Origin: Clostridia bacterium
Lineage (GTDB): Bacteria > Bacillota > Clostridia > Oscillospirales > CAG-272
Direction: 5' to 3'
Length of the DNA stretch: 34,141 nucleotides
Assembly: GCA_017408535.1 (NCBI GenBank)
Contig: JAFQUL010000179.1
Coordinates: 1 to 34,141, forward strand
The position numbers and the translations under genes were made by a program. Under the pieces are notes generated by a model. It was not told the DNA's origin, did not search any database, and saw only the letters and a list, made by a program, of their open reading frames with translations. Of this stretch, positions 1 through 7,618 are shown piece after piece (position 1 is the first letter of the stretch; each line of letters opens with the position of its first letter).

Positions 1-1
1 T

Positions 2-424
2 GAAAAAAAAGCCTCGGTTACAGTCCGCGGGGTAAACGGAATACCGAAGGTAAAATACAGCGAGGAGGACCTGTACTGGCTGTCACGGATAATCTACGCA
101 GAGGCAGGCACAGAGCCATTTGAAGGGATGATAGCGGTAGGCAGTGTGGTAATGAACAGAGTCGCCTCCGACTCATATCCCGACACGGTATACGGAGTGA
201 TCTTTGACAAAAAGTTCGGTGTGCAGTTCACCCCTGCCGTCACTGGCACGGTATACCGCACCCCCAGTAAGGATGCCATAACCGCCGCTAAAATATGTCT
301 CGCCGGCTACTCTGTATCTGAGGAGATCCTCTTCTTTCTCAACGAGAGAATAGCCACCTGTACCTGGACACGGGATAACTGCCAGTACGTTATGACTATC
401 GGCAACCACGATTTTTACGCTTAA
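2..424 (+). CDS. SleB/CwlJ-type cell wall (spore cortex) hydrolase, C-terminal part; the 5' end lies outside the window
   Basis: The frame is open from the window edge. The translation ...EEDLYWLSRIIYAEAGTEPFEGMIAVGSVVMNRVASDSYPDTVYGVIFDKKFGVQFTP... matches the Hydrolase_2/SleB catalytic-domain signature. Stop TAA at 422-424. Confidence 0.75.
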   Translation, partial: EKKASVTVRGVNGIPKVKYSEEDLYWLSRIIYAEAGTEPFEGMIAVGSVVMNRVASDSYPDTVYGVIFDKKFGVQFTPAVTGTVYRTPSKDAITAAKICLAGYSVSEEILFFLNERIATCTWTRDNCQYVMTIGNHDFYA

Positions 425-492
425 CGGTAAGCTATTGAAAAAAATCCGTCTGCAGGTTATAATTATAGCATAATCTGTTTGGCGGTGTTATT

Positions 493-1176
493 ATGACTGA
501 TACTGTAAAAAGAATAAGGGATTTGCTTTTTGAAGAAAAGGACGAGGGTTACAAAGCCTTCCAGTCACCGCTTCTGCCCGGTATCTCCCCGGATAGCATG
601 ATCGGTGTACGTACCCCTGTACTGCGGCATATTGCAAAGAAAATGACGGCTGAGGAAAAGGAAGAGTTTATCTCTACCCTTCCTCACCGTTATTACGAAG
701 AAAACAATCTTCACGCCTATGTGCTGTCTCTTGAAAAGAATTTTGAAAAGTGTTTTTCTGCCATAGATGCTTTTTTGCCCTATATAGACAACTGGGCGAC
801 CTGTGACGGACTGAGGCCGATATGCATCAAGGAAAATGAGGACCGCCTGCTGACGTATATTTACCGCTGGCTTGACTCGGGTGAATGCTATACTATCCGC
901 TTTGCCACAGAAATGCTGATGCTCCACTATATGAAAGACAATTTCCGCAATGAGTATCCGCAGAAGATTGCGGGTATTCTGAGCGAGGAGTACTACGTTA
1001 ATATGATGTCCGCCTGGTACTTTGCCACACTGATAACAAAACGGTGGGATGACGGAATAAAGTACCTTGAAGAGCATATGCTCTCCCCATTTGTTCACGC
1101 AAAAACAATATCAAAGGTCTGCGACAGCCTTGCTGTACCCCGTGAGAAAAAAGAATACGTAAAAAAGTTACGGTAA
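493..1176 (+). CDS. DNA alkylation repair protein (AlkD/AlkC-like HEAT-repeat family)
   Basis: 227-aa ORF. The N-terminus ...RIRDLLFEEKDEGYKAFQSPLLPGISPDSMIGVRTPVLRHIAKKM... is typical of the DNA_alkylation repair family. Confidence 0.7.
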   Translation: MTDTVKRIRDLLFEEKDEGYKAFQSPLLPGISPDSMIGVRTPVLRHIAKKMTAEEKEEFISTLPHRYYEENNLHAYVLSLEKNFEKCFSAIDAFLPYIDNWATCDGLRPICIKENEDRLLTYIYRWLDSGECYTIRFATEMLMLHYMKDNFRNEYPQKIAGILSEEYYVNMMSAWYFATLITKRWDDGIKYLEEHMLSPFVHAKTISKVCDSLAVPREKKEYVKKLR

Positions 1177-1234
1177 AAAAGAGGCTGTAAAAAAACAGAT
1201 TATTCTTTTACTTGTAAGTTAATTGATAGCACAA

Positions 1235-1373
1235 ACCTTGGCTTCCTCTGACGAGGAAGCTGTCACCGTAAGGTGACTGAGGGAGAGAAAAAACTTTAAT
1301 TTAATGCTTTTTGCTCTCCCTCCGTCTTTTTGCTTTGAAAAAATCCACCTCCCTCGTCAGAGGGAGGCAAGGT
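1235..1373. repeat. MITE-like / REP-like multi-hairpin element with about 26-bp imperfect terminal inverted repeats
   Basis: The left arm accttggcttcctctgacgaggaagc (1235-1260) matches the reverse complement of the right arm (1348-1373, accttgcctccctctgacgagggagg) at 22 of 26 positions. Each arm is itself an 8-bp hairpin. Internal hairpins are gtcacc-gtaa-ggtgac (GNRA loop) and gagggagag...ctctccctc. Confidence 0.55.
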
Positions 1374-1443
1374 CTTCATATTCCCAAAAAAACTCGACAA
1401 ATCATTTATATACATATCTAATCAGATAACAAAAACTAAAAAT

Positions 1444-1488
1444 GCGGAAGAAGCCTAAAATTTTTTTACTTCTTCCGCACTCTTTTTT
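1444..1488. terminator. Bidirectional intrinsic terminator between the convergent alkD-like and blaR1-like genes
   Basis: A perfect 10-bp stem gcggaagaag (1444-1453) / cttcttccgc (1469-1478) has a T-run downstream on the + strand (1483-1488) and a T-rich tract on the - strand. Confidence 0.7.
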
Positions 1489-1550
1489 ATTTATTTAGTT
1501 TATTTTTTGTGTGTTTAAGGGCATTGTGGTTTTTTACAGCCCCTATGCTA

Positions 1551-3653
1551 TTATTGCAGAGCTTCGCCCAAAACTTTTTCAAAGAAGGTTCCTTCCTTCA
1601 CCTCGAACATATATCCGCCGTTTGACTCGCTCTCAAGAAATGTTATTCCGTTATCGTTTATCTCAAACACGTATGTGTGGGCACCGTCATAGGTGTTTAA
1701 GATGAATCGGCCGTCCTTTTCTTCGTAGTCACCGATTGCGAGGTAGCTTGAAAGTCCTGAATATGTGAAGCGGAACTTATTGTTGTCAAAGAGAACGAGA
1801 CTGGGCATAATAACGTCCTGTGTGTCTCTGAATACATACTGTGACTTTATGTCACCTGAAGGTATCTGATCATAGCTTGCCGGTATAATTTCATGGGCCG
1901 TTATGGTTGTGACTCCTTTTATATCGTCATTTTTGACCGGAACGGACATAAGCCAACCCTCTGACATAAAAAGGCCGGGACCGTCGTCACGGTCTGATAT
2001 ACCGAAGAAAAGCTTATCGTTCTCATACACCACGGCATCCTCTATTAAATAGCGGGCACCATAGGTGCCTGATTGGTTGTATATAAGTATAAGAGTGTTT
2101 TCACGGAAGAATTCCTTGTCAAATTTTTCGGCGACCTCACGGAATGAGAGACTGTACGAGATATCATCCGTTATTTCACGGTCATAGGACATATACCCTT
2201 CAAGATTTTTCATGAAGTTATCAAGATCTTCAACGCTTGTGATTTTTATAACGGGAAGGGATTTCACGCTGTTGAGGATTGCGTCTTTGGGTATACCGTA
2301 GAGATTACACAGTCTGCTAAAGGCTGCATCGTTATATCCTACTCTGGACGTATACCAGCCGTAGGAGATACGGCGGACGGGTGTCTGTCCCTTGATACTG
2401 TTTATAAAGGCTTCAACGTCATCCTGTGTCATGTCTGCCCATTCTTGGTTCATGGTGTTTGTGCAGAGACGGATATACATAGGGGGCTCGCTGATAGGAG
2501 AACCGCCGCCTACAAGTACGTAGAACATCTCGTCAATATCGTATCTTATAATGTAAAGACCCGAGCCTACGTCATATCCGGCATACTTACTGAAATCCGA
2601 CCAGGTCAGCTCCTCCCCCTTCTTTGACAGCTCTATCAACGCTTCAAGGGTAAGGGGTACCTTATCCTCTTGTTCATCATCTCCCACGTCGAGGATCGGA
2701 ATATCGGGAGTTTCTTCCTTTTTGGGGTTAGTCAAGAGACATACTGTCAGTACCGCTGCGGCGACAAGAGCAAGAACGATTAACCAGAAGGCAGGCTTTT
2801 TGTAGTTCAGTACCTGTCTGATACGGCTCTTTACTCCTATCTCACCAAATGCAAGGGGACAGGCGGAAATAATACGGGAAGGGGAAGAGCAGTTTATAAG
2901 TGCTTCGGAATAGCCTTTCTTAAATTCACTTCCCATACGGCGGATAACGCCCTCGTCGCAGGCAAATTCAATATCTCTTGAAAGAAGTATGTATGCCAGC
3001 CACACAAAGGGGTTAAACCAATATATCGCAAGGATAAGAAACGCTATCGGCTTTACAAGATGGTCAAGCCGCTTCAGGTGACATTTCTCGTGAGCCACAA
3101 CGTAGTCTCTGTCCTCCTCGGTGATACCTGACGGCAGATATATCCGGGGGCGGAAAATGCCGAGAATGAATGGAGACGGTATTCTGTCGCAGATAAATAT
3201 ATTATCTCCGTCAGAGACGCTTTCTCTGACCCTCAGTCTGATATTTATATAGCTTACGGCGGCATAGCCTATTATGACCGCTGCTCCGATCATCCAGATG
3301 ACGGAAGCGGCAGAGGTGATGATCTGCATAGGGCTGATACTGCTTTCGGGAGAGGGGGCAAGTGCTTCTCCGATGACGGGATTTACCACGCTGTTAAGGT
3401 AATAAATGCCGCTTGAGATAGACGGTACCTCAGAGACCAGTATCTCGTGGGGTACTGTCTCTGCGCTTGGGATAATGCTGACGGGACTTTCGATAAAATT
3501 CGGGATAATAAGCCTCAGTGCGGCCAGAGACCAAAGAATGCATATTATGCTCTTCGGTACCTTTTTGAATACTATTCTGAAAATAAATATTATGAGTATC
3601 GGTATAATTGCGGTAATACTCATATTAAAGAGAGTAATAAAAAGCTCTGACAT
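1551..3653 (-). CDS. BlaR1/MecR1-family M56 zinc-metalloprotease signal transducer with an uncharacterised ~390-aa extracytoplasmic C-terminal domain
   Basis: 700-aa ORF with N-terminal TM helices and the HExxH motif VVAHEKCHLKRLDH (codons near 3062-3100). A further TM segment (PAFWLIVLALVAAAVLTVCLL) precedes a large C-terminal domain. Its ATG abuts the stop of the upstream BlaI gene (TAAATG), and a GGAGGG RBS lies inside the blaI 3' end. Confidence 0.85.
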   Translation of the reverse strand: MSELFITLFNMSITAIIPILIIFIFRIVFKKVPKSIICILWSLAALRLIIPNFIESPVSIIPSAETVPHEILVSEVPSISSGIYYLNSVVNPVIGEALAPSPESSISPMQIITSAASVIWMIGAAVIIGYAAVSYINIRLRVRESVSDGDNIFICDRIPSPFILGIFRPRIYLPSGITEEDRDYVVAHEKCHLKRLDHLVKPIAFLILAIYWFNPFVWLAYILLSRDIEFACDEGVIRRMGSEFKKGYSEALINCSSPSRIISACPLAFGEIGVKSRIRQVLNYKKPAFWLIVLALVAAAVLTVCLLTNPKKEETPDIPILDVGDDEQEDKVPLTLEALIELSKKGEELTWSDFSKYAGYDVGSGLYIIRYDIDEMFYVLVGGGSPISEPPMYIRLCTNTMNQEWADMTQDDVEAFINSIKGQTPVRRISYGWYTSRVGYNDAAFSRLCNLYGIPKDAILNSVKSLPVIKITSVEDLDNFMKNLEGYMSYDREITDDISYSLSFREVAEKFDKEFFRENTLILIYNQSGTYGARYLIEDAVVYENDKLFFGISDRDDGPGLFMSEGWLMSVPVKNDDIKGVTTITAHEIIPASYDQIPSGDIKSQYVFRDTQDVIMPSLVLFDNNKFRFTYSGLSSYLAIGDYEEKDGRFILNTYDGAHTYVFEINDNGITFLESESNGGYMFEVKEGTFFEKVLGEALQ

Positions 3654-4025
3654 TTATTTGCCCTCCTTTTCGTCAAACTCACGGACCAGCCGCCTCAGCT
3701 CTTCTGCCTCCTCACGGGTGAGGGAATTGCGCTTGGTAAAGGCCACAAGGAAAGCGGGGAGAGAGCCGCCGAAGGTCTCCTTTACAAAATTCTCGCTTTG
3801 AAGGGAGTAGAACTCGTCACGGGATATCACCGATGTGACGGTGCCCTTATCGTTTCTGAAGATGCCCTTGTCGCAAAGACGCTTCAGCACCGTATAGGTG
3901 GTGGATTTCTTCCAGTTGAGCATTTCCTCGCTTTTCTTTGCAAGCAGAGCGGAGGAGATAGGCTCACTCTCCCATATAATATCGGCAAATCTGGACTCAA
4001 CTGCGCCCATCTGATAGTCGTTCAT
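3654..4025 (-). CDS. BlaI/MecI/CopY-family winged-helix transcriptional repressor
   Basis: 123 aa. The sequence ...ESEPISSALLAKKSEEMLNWKKSTTYTVLKRLCDKGIF... is typical of the Penicillinase_R family. It is paired with the M56 sensor immediately downstream. Confidence 0.9.
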   Translation of the reverse strand: MNDYQMGAVESRFADIIWESEPISSALLAKKSEEMLNWKKSTTYTVLKRLCDKGIFRNDKGTVTSVISRDEFYSLQSENFVKETFGGSLPAFLVAFTKRNSLTREEAEELRRLVREFDEKEGK

Positions 4026-4041
4026 AACGTTCTCCTTTCAT

Positions 4042-4082
4042 TCTACATTCTGTAGACTGGTTTTATTCTACAACGTGTAGAA
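4042..4082. promoter_or_regulatory. Two BlaI-type operator dyads (TACA-n-TGTA)
   Basis: The palindromes are tctacattctgtaga (4042-4056) and ttctacaacgtgtagaa (4066-4082). The second overlaps the spacer and -10 of the predicted blaI promoter, and the first lies in the leader. Confidence 0.75.
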
Positions 4083-4093
4083 CGATTTGTCAA
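4065..4093 (-). promoter_or_regulatory. Sigma-A-type promoter of the blaI-blaR1-like operon
   Basis: On the minus strand: TTGACA (4093-4088), a 17-nt spacer, then TAGAAT (4070-4065). Confidence 0.65.
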
Positions 4094-4124
4094 TAGTTTT
4101 CGGGAAAATAATTTTCGCTTTTTT

Positions 4125-4158
4125 GTAAAAAACTGCCCCCGATGAAGCTCGGGGGCAG
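4125..4158 (-). terminator. Intrinsic terminator of the amidohydrolase gene
   Basis: The stem is ctgcccccga (4133-4142) / tcgggggcag (4149-4158). On the minus strand it is followed by a T-run (the complement of the A-run at 4126-4132). Confidence 0.75.
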
Positions 4159-4164
4159 GGCAGC

Positions 4165-4980
4165 TTATTTATCCTCAAGGTGCAGAAATCTTACGGCGTT
4201 GTTATAGAAGATGTCCTCACGTTCCTTTTCGGTGAGGTCGATTGCAAGGATGCGGTCTATCTCGTGGTGCGGGAGCATAACGGGATAGTCGGTGCCGAAC
4301 ATCACTCTGTCAGTACCGAGGCGATGGATAACGTCACCTGCGTATTCAGGTGTCATTGCCCATACAGCGCTTGAGGTATCGTACCAGACTCTCGGGTTGC
4401 CGGCGAGATACTTGATACCGTCCTCCCAGGAGTTATATCCGGACAGATGCGCCGCAACGACCTCAAGGTCGGGGAACATATCAAGGATACGTGCGAGCTT
4501 CTTGGCTTCAGAGAAGCGATACTGGGGGCGGTCATCGCCCATATGAAGATAGAGGGGCATTTTGCCCTCCATCAGCCTGTAAAGCGGGAGAAGCTTAGGA
4601 TCGTCTATATCAACCCCCTGAATGTCGGGATGTATCTTAACACCGCGGAGTCCCAGGTCCCAGGCACGGGACAGCTCCTTTTCAAAATCCGGGTAGTCCT
4701 GATGCATTCCGGCAAAACCGACAGTCTTAAAACCTTCGCTCACAGACCGGGCGGCAAGTGCGGCAATAAAGCTGTTGACCTTTTCCACCTGATGGGCATT
4801 TGTTGCGACAGAGAAGAGAAGGAAGCCCTCAACACCGTTTTCGGGAGCGAGAGAGGACAGCTCTGCGTATGTGCCTTTACCCTCGGGGAGGAAGTTATAG
4901 AAGTTGCCGAGATTGACTACCGCACGGTCAGAGATAGCCTCCGGATAGGTGTGAGTATGTATATCAAAGATCCTGTACAC
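4165..4980 (-). CDS. Amidohydrolase-family (TIM-barrel metal-dependent hydrolase) protein
   Basis: 271 aa with a GTG start and an AAGAGGA RBS upstream. The N-terminal metal motif is IFDIHTHTYPE, followed by later His/Asp residues (HPDIQG, YLHMGD, FGTDYP) typical of the Amidohydro_2 family. Confidence 0.7.
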   Translation of the reverse strand: MYRIFDIHTHTYPEAISDRAVVNLGNFYNFLPEGKGTYAELSSLAPENGVEGFLLFSVATNAHQVEKVNSFIAALAARSVSEGFKTVGFAGMHQDYPDFEKELSRAWDLGLRGVKIHPDIQGVDIDDPKLLPLYRLMEGKMPLYLHMGDDRPQYRFSEAKKLARILDMFPDLEVVAAHLSGYNSWEDGIKYLAGNPRVWYDTSSAVWAMTPEYAGDVIHRLGTDRVMFGTDYPVMLPHHEIDRILAIDLTEKEREDIFYNNAVRFLHLEDK

Positions 4981-5002
4981 TTTTCTTTTCCTCTTTTAAT
5001 AC

Positions 5003-5031
5003 TTGAAATGGTTTCTTTTCTGTGCTATACT
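5003..5031 (+). promoter_or_regulatory. Sigma-A-type promoter with extended -10 for the HIT gene
   Basis: TTGAAA (5003-5008), a 17-nt spacer, then TATACT (5026-5031) preceded by TGC (TGn extended -10). Confidence 0.6.
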
Positions 5032-5060
5032 AAACAAAAAAGCACAAGGAGTTTACTGTA

Positions 5061-5408
5061 ATGGAAAATAACGATTGCCTGTTCTGTAAAATAATCAAGG
5101 GTGATATCCCCTCACAGAAGGTATATGAGAATGAATTCTGCTACGCATTCCGTGATATAAATCCCCAGGCGCCGGTGCATATCCTGGTAGTTCCCAAGGA
5201 TCATATCGAATCATCCTGGAAAATCGACTTCAGCAACAGCTACTACGTTGCAAAGATATTTGAGGCCATTCCCGCTATCGCAAAGAGAGAGGGACTTGAG
5301 AACGGTTACCGTGTAGTTACTAACTGCGGCGATGATGCCTGCCAGACGGTAAAGCATCTGCATTTCCACATTCTCGGCGGCGAGAAGCTCTCTGAGAAAA
5401 TGAGCTGA
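5061..5408 (+). CDS. HIT-family (histidine triad) nucleotide hydrolase
   Basis: 115 aa. It carries CLFCKIIKGDIPS... and the histidine triad HLHFHILGG. Confidence 0.9.
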   Translation: MENNDCLFCKIIKGDIPSQKVYENEFCYAFRDINPQAPVHILVVPKDHIESSWKIDFSNSYYVAKIFEAIPAIAKREGLENGYRVVTNCGDDACQTVKHLHFHILGGEKLSEKMS

Positions 5409-5450
5409 TCTCGGGAGATCTGATCTCGGGAGATCAGATCTCCCGAGATC
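5407..5450. repeat. Triple 14-bp palindromic unit (two direct copies plus one inverted), GATC-dense
   Basis: gatctcgggagatc occurs at 5407-5420 and 5422-5435, and its reverse complement gatctcccgagatc at 5437-5450. There are six GATC sites in 44 bp. The first unit overlaps the HIT stop codon. Confidence 0.8.
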
Positions 5451-5465
5451 TTAACAAAATATAAT

Positions 5466-5503
5466 AAAAAACTTTGGGGCTGTCACCATAAAGTGGCAGC
5501 CCC
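5466..5503 (-). terminator. Intrinsic terminator of lysC (possibly bidirectional)
   Basis: The stem is ggggctgtcac (5476-5486) / gtggcagcccc (5493-5503). On the minus strand it is followed by aaag then TTTTTT. Confidence 0.7.
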
Positions 5504-5509
5504 GTCGCT

Positions 5510-6826
5510 TTATTTTACGAATTCGTTATATATCGCGTTAAGAGTGGTCTCAAAGTCAGATTCGTTTACGCCGAGGATAATATTGAACTCACTTGAACCC
5601 TGGTCGATCATTCTGATATTTACGTCAGCATTTGCAACTGCGCGGAATACCTTGGCGGCTGTACCGTGGTTCTTGACCATTGCGCGTCCAACTACCGCAA
5701 CGAGAGCGAGACCGTCCTCAATTGAGATGGTATCCGGCTCAACAGCGGCGCAGATCTGATTGAGTATTCTGTCGTGATACTCGGCAATGTCGGCAGAGTT
5801 GACGATAACGCACATAGTGTCGATACCGGAGGGAAGATGCTCAAAGCAGATGCCAAGTTCCTCAAGAACGCCAAGCACCTTGCGGCAGAAGCCAACCTCT
5901 GCGTTCATCATATCCTTCTCGATGCTGATGACGGAGAAGCCCTTCTTACCCGCAATACCGGTGATAACACGCTCGGTGTCATACACGTCGGTCTGGGGAA
6001 CGATCATAGTACCGGGGGCAGTACGGTCGTTGGTGTTCTTTATATTTATCGGAATACCTGCGAATCTTACGGGGAAGATGGAATCCTCGTGAAGCACGCC
6101 TGCACCCATGTAGGAAAGCTCTCTGAGCTCTCTGTAGGTTACAACGTCAATGGGCCTCGGGTCCTTGATGATTCTGGGATCAGCCATCATAAAGCCGGAA
6201 ACATCGGTCCAGTTCTCGTAGAGATCAGCCTCAGCCGCACGGGCAACGATAGAACCGGTAATGTCCGAGCCGCCGCGGGAGAAAGTCTTGATAGTACCGT
6301 TGGGCATAGAACCGTAGAAGCCGGGGATTACCGCATGCTCGTGGTTCTTAAGTATCTCGCTGAGAAGCTCGTTTGTACGCTCAGCATCAAATGAACCGTT
6401 GTCGGTGAAATATATTACGTCAGACGCATCGATAAAGTCAAAGCCAAGATAGTTGGCAAGCACAAGACCGGAGAGGTACTCACCGCGGCTTGCAACGTAG
6501 TCCTTACCTGCGTGGTGGATAAAGGCGTTCTTTATCTTTACAAATTCGTCGGACAGGTCAAAATCAAGACCGAGACCGTCGATTATAAGGTTATAACGTT
6601 CCTTAATGAGGTTGAAATATGACTCAATGTTCTCGCCCTTTTTTGCAAGCTCGTAACACTTATAGAGCATATCGGTAACCTTGGTGTCCTCGGGGAAACG
6701 CTTACCGGGCGCAGAGGGAACAACGTATCTGCGCTCATTTTCCGCCGTGACTATTTCTTTTACCATTCTAAAATGCTCGGCGTCTGCAAGGGAGCTGCCG
6801 CCGAATTTAACTACTTTAAGCTGCAC
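5510..6826 (-). CDS. lysC: Aspartate kinase (monofunctional, with C-terminal ACT domains)
   Basis: 438 aa. It has the N-terminal kinase motif VVKFGGSSLAD and a C-terminal ACT-like region (...ALVAVVGRAM...VNIRMIDQGSSEFNIILGV...). Confidence 0.9.
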   Translation of the reverse strand: MQLKVVKFGGSSLADAEHFRMVKEIVTAENERRYVVPSAPGKRFPEDTKVTDMLYKCYELAKKGENIESYFNLIKERYNLIIDGLGLDFDLSDEFVKIKNAFIHHAGKDYVASRGEYLSGLVLANYLGFDFIDASDVIYFTDNGSFDAERTNELLSEILKNHEHAVIPGFYGSMPNGTIKTFSRGGSDITGSIVARAAEADLYENWTDVSGFMMADPRIIKDPRPIDVVTYRELRELSYMGAGVLHEDSIFPVRFAGIPINIKNTNDRTAPGTMIVPQTDVYDTERVITGIAGKKGFSVISIEKDMMNAEVGFCRKVLGVLEELGICFEHLPSGIDTMCVIVNSADIAEYHDRILNQICAAVEPDTISIEDGLALVAVVGRAMVKNHGTAAKVFRAVANADVNIRMIDQGSSEFNIILGVNESDFETTLNAIYNEFVK

Positions 6827-6876
6827 AGGTAAAATCTCCTTTTATACTGATAGGCATTACAATAATACAACAATAT

Positions 6877-6905
6877 ATTATATTGCAAAAACCTTGATTT
6901 GTCAA
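6877..6905 (-). promoter_or_regulatory. Consensus sigma-A promoter of lysC
   Basis: On the minus strand: TTGACA (6905-6900), a 17-nt spacer, then TATAAT (6882-6877). Both hexamers match consensus perfectly. The short leader leaves no room for a riboswitch. Confidence 0.7.
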
Positions 6906-6949
6906 GAAATTACGCATAATTGCGGTAAAATATGCGGTATTTTTTATAA

Positions 6950-7585
6950 TTATTCAAAATCGTACCGCTGTCCGGTGACTGTAGGAGCGATCCTTCCGGA
7001 GGACAGCTCGTTCACAAGGGAAAGAAGGGAGTCGTATTCGCTCTTCAGCACGGCACAATGCATAGTCACGTCTGCGGAAAAATCACAGCCGTCTATCTTA
7101 ACTCCTTTTGCGCTAAAGCGTGACTCGAAGAGTCTGTGGTCGGTATAGGATACCGTTACGCTGAACTCGGTATAAAGACGGAAGGTCACTATCCCCGCCG
7201 CCTCTATCGCCAGCTTTGCCGCCTCTGCATAGGCACGGACAAGTCCGCCTGCGCCCAGCTTCACCCCGCCGAAGTATCTGGTGACCACTACTGCAATATC
7301 GTCTCCGCCGGATTTTTTTATTATCTCAAGGACGGGCATGCCTGCAGTACCCTGGGGCTCGCCGTCATCGGAATATCTTGCGTGTGCGCCCCCCTCAAGG
7401 TAGTATGCATATACGTTGTGGGTGGCATCCTTGTATTTCTTTGCTATCCTGTCGGTAAACTCGCGGGCCTCTTCCTCGTTTTTTACGTGGGCGGCAGTTC
7501 CGATAAAGCGGGAGCGCTTTTCCTCAAACTCCGCCTCGGCCTCACAGCTGACAGTTATATAAAATTCCTTTTCCGCCATAGTCAA
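6950..7585 (-). CDS. yigZ: YigZ/IMPACT-family (UPF0029) protein
   Basis: 211 aa. ...EKRSRFIGTAAHVKNEEEAREFTDRIAKKYKDATHNVYAYYL... is the family signature. Confidence 0.8.
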   Translation of the reverse strand: MTMAEKEFYITVSCEAEAEFEEKRSRFIGTAAHVKNEEEAREFTDRIAKKYKDATHNVYAYYLEGGAHARYSDDGEPQGTAGMPVLEIIKKSGGDDIAVVVTRYFGGVKLGAGGLVRAYAEAAKLAIEAAGIVTFRLYTEFSVTVSYTDHRLFESRFSAKGVKIDGCDFSADVTMHCAVLKSEYDSLLSLVNELSSGRIAPTVTGQRYDFE

Positions 7586-7618
7586 AAAGCTCTCCCGATC
7601 TTATTTTATGCGATACAG

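Noticed and set aside
565-1098. 177-aa minus-strand ORF inside the AlkD-like gene. Similar antisense ORFs occur at 4447-5061, 5774-6394, 7136-7798, 14224-14835, 21144-21773, 26342-26944 and 31963-32541.
   Set aside because: All lie wholly within, and antisense to, genes with strong family signatures. Their compositions are atypical and they have no start context.
1551-2723. Beta-lactam-sensing (PBP-like) identity for the BlaR1-family C-terminal domain.
   Set aside because: I could not find a KTG/KSG box or a convincing SxxK...YxN arrangement by eye. I therefore report only 'unknown sensor domain', which needs a profile search.
5407-5450. I considered whether the triple repeat could be a degenerate CRISPR array or a transposon end.
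   Set aside because: There are only three 14-bp units, with 1-nt gaps, no spacers, and no cas or transposase genes nearby.
6827-6949. I looked for a lysine riboswitch (L-box) or T-box leader upstream of lysC.
   Set aside because: The consensus promoter sits only about 45 nt upstream of the ATG. The leader is too short and too AT-rich to hold an L-box or T-box structure.
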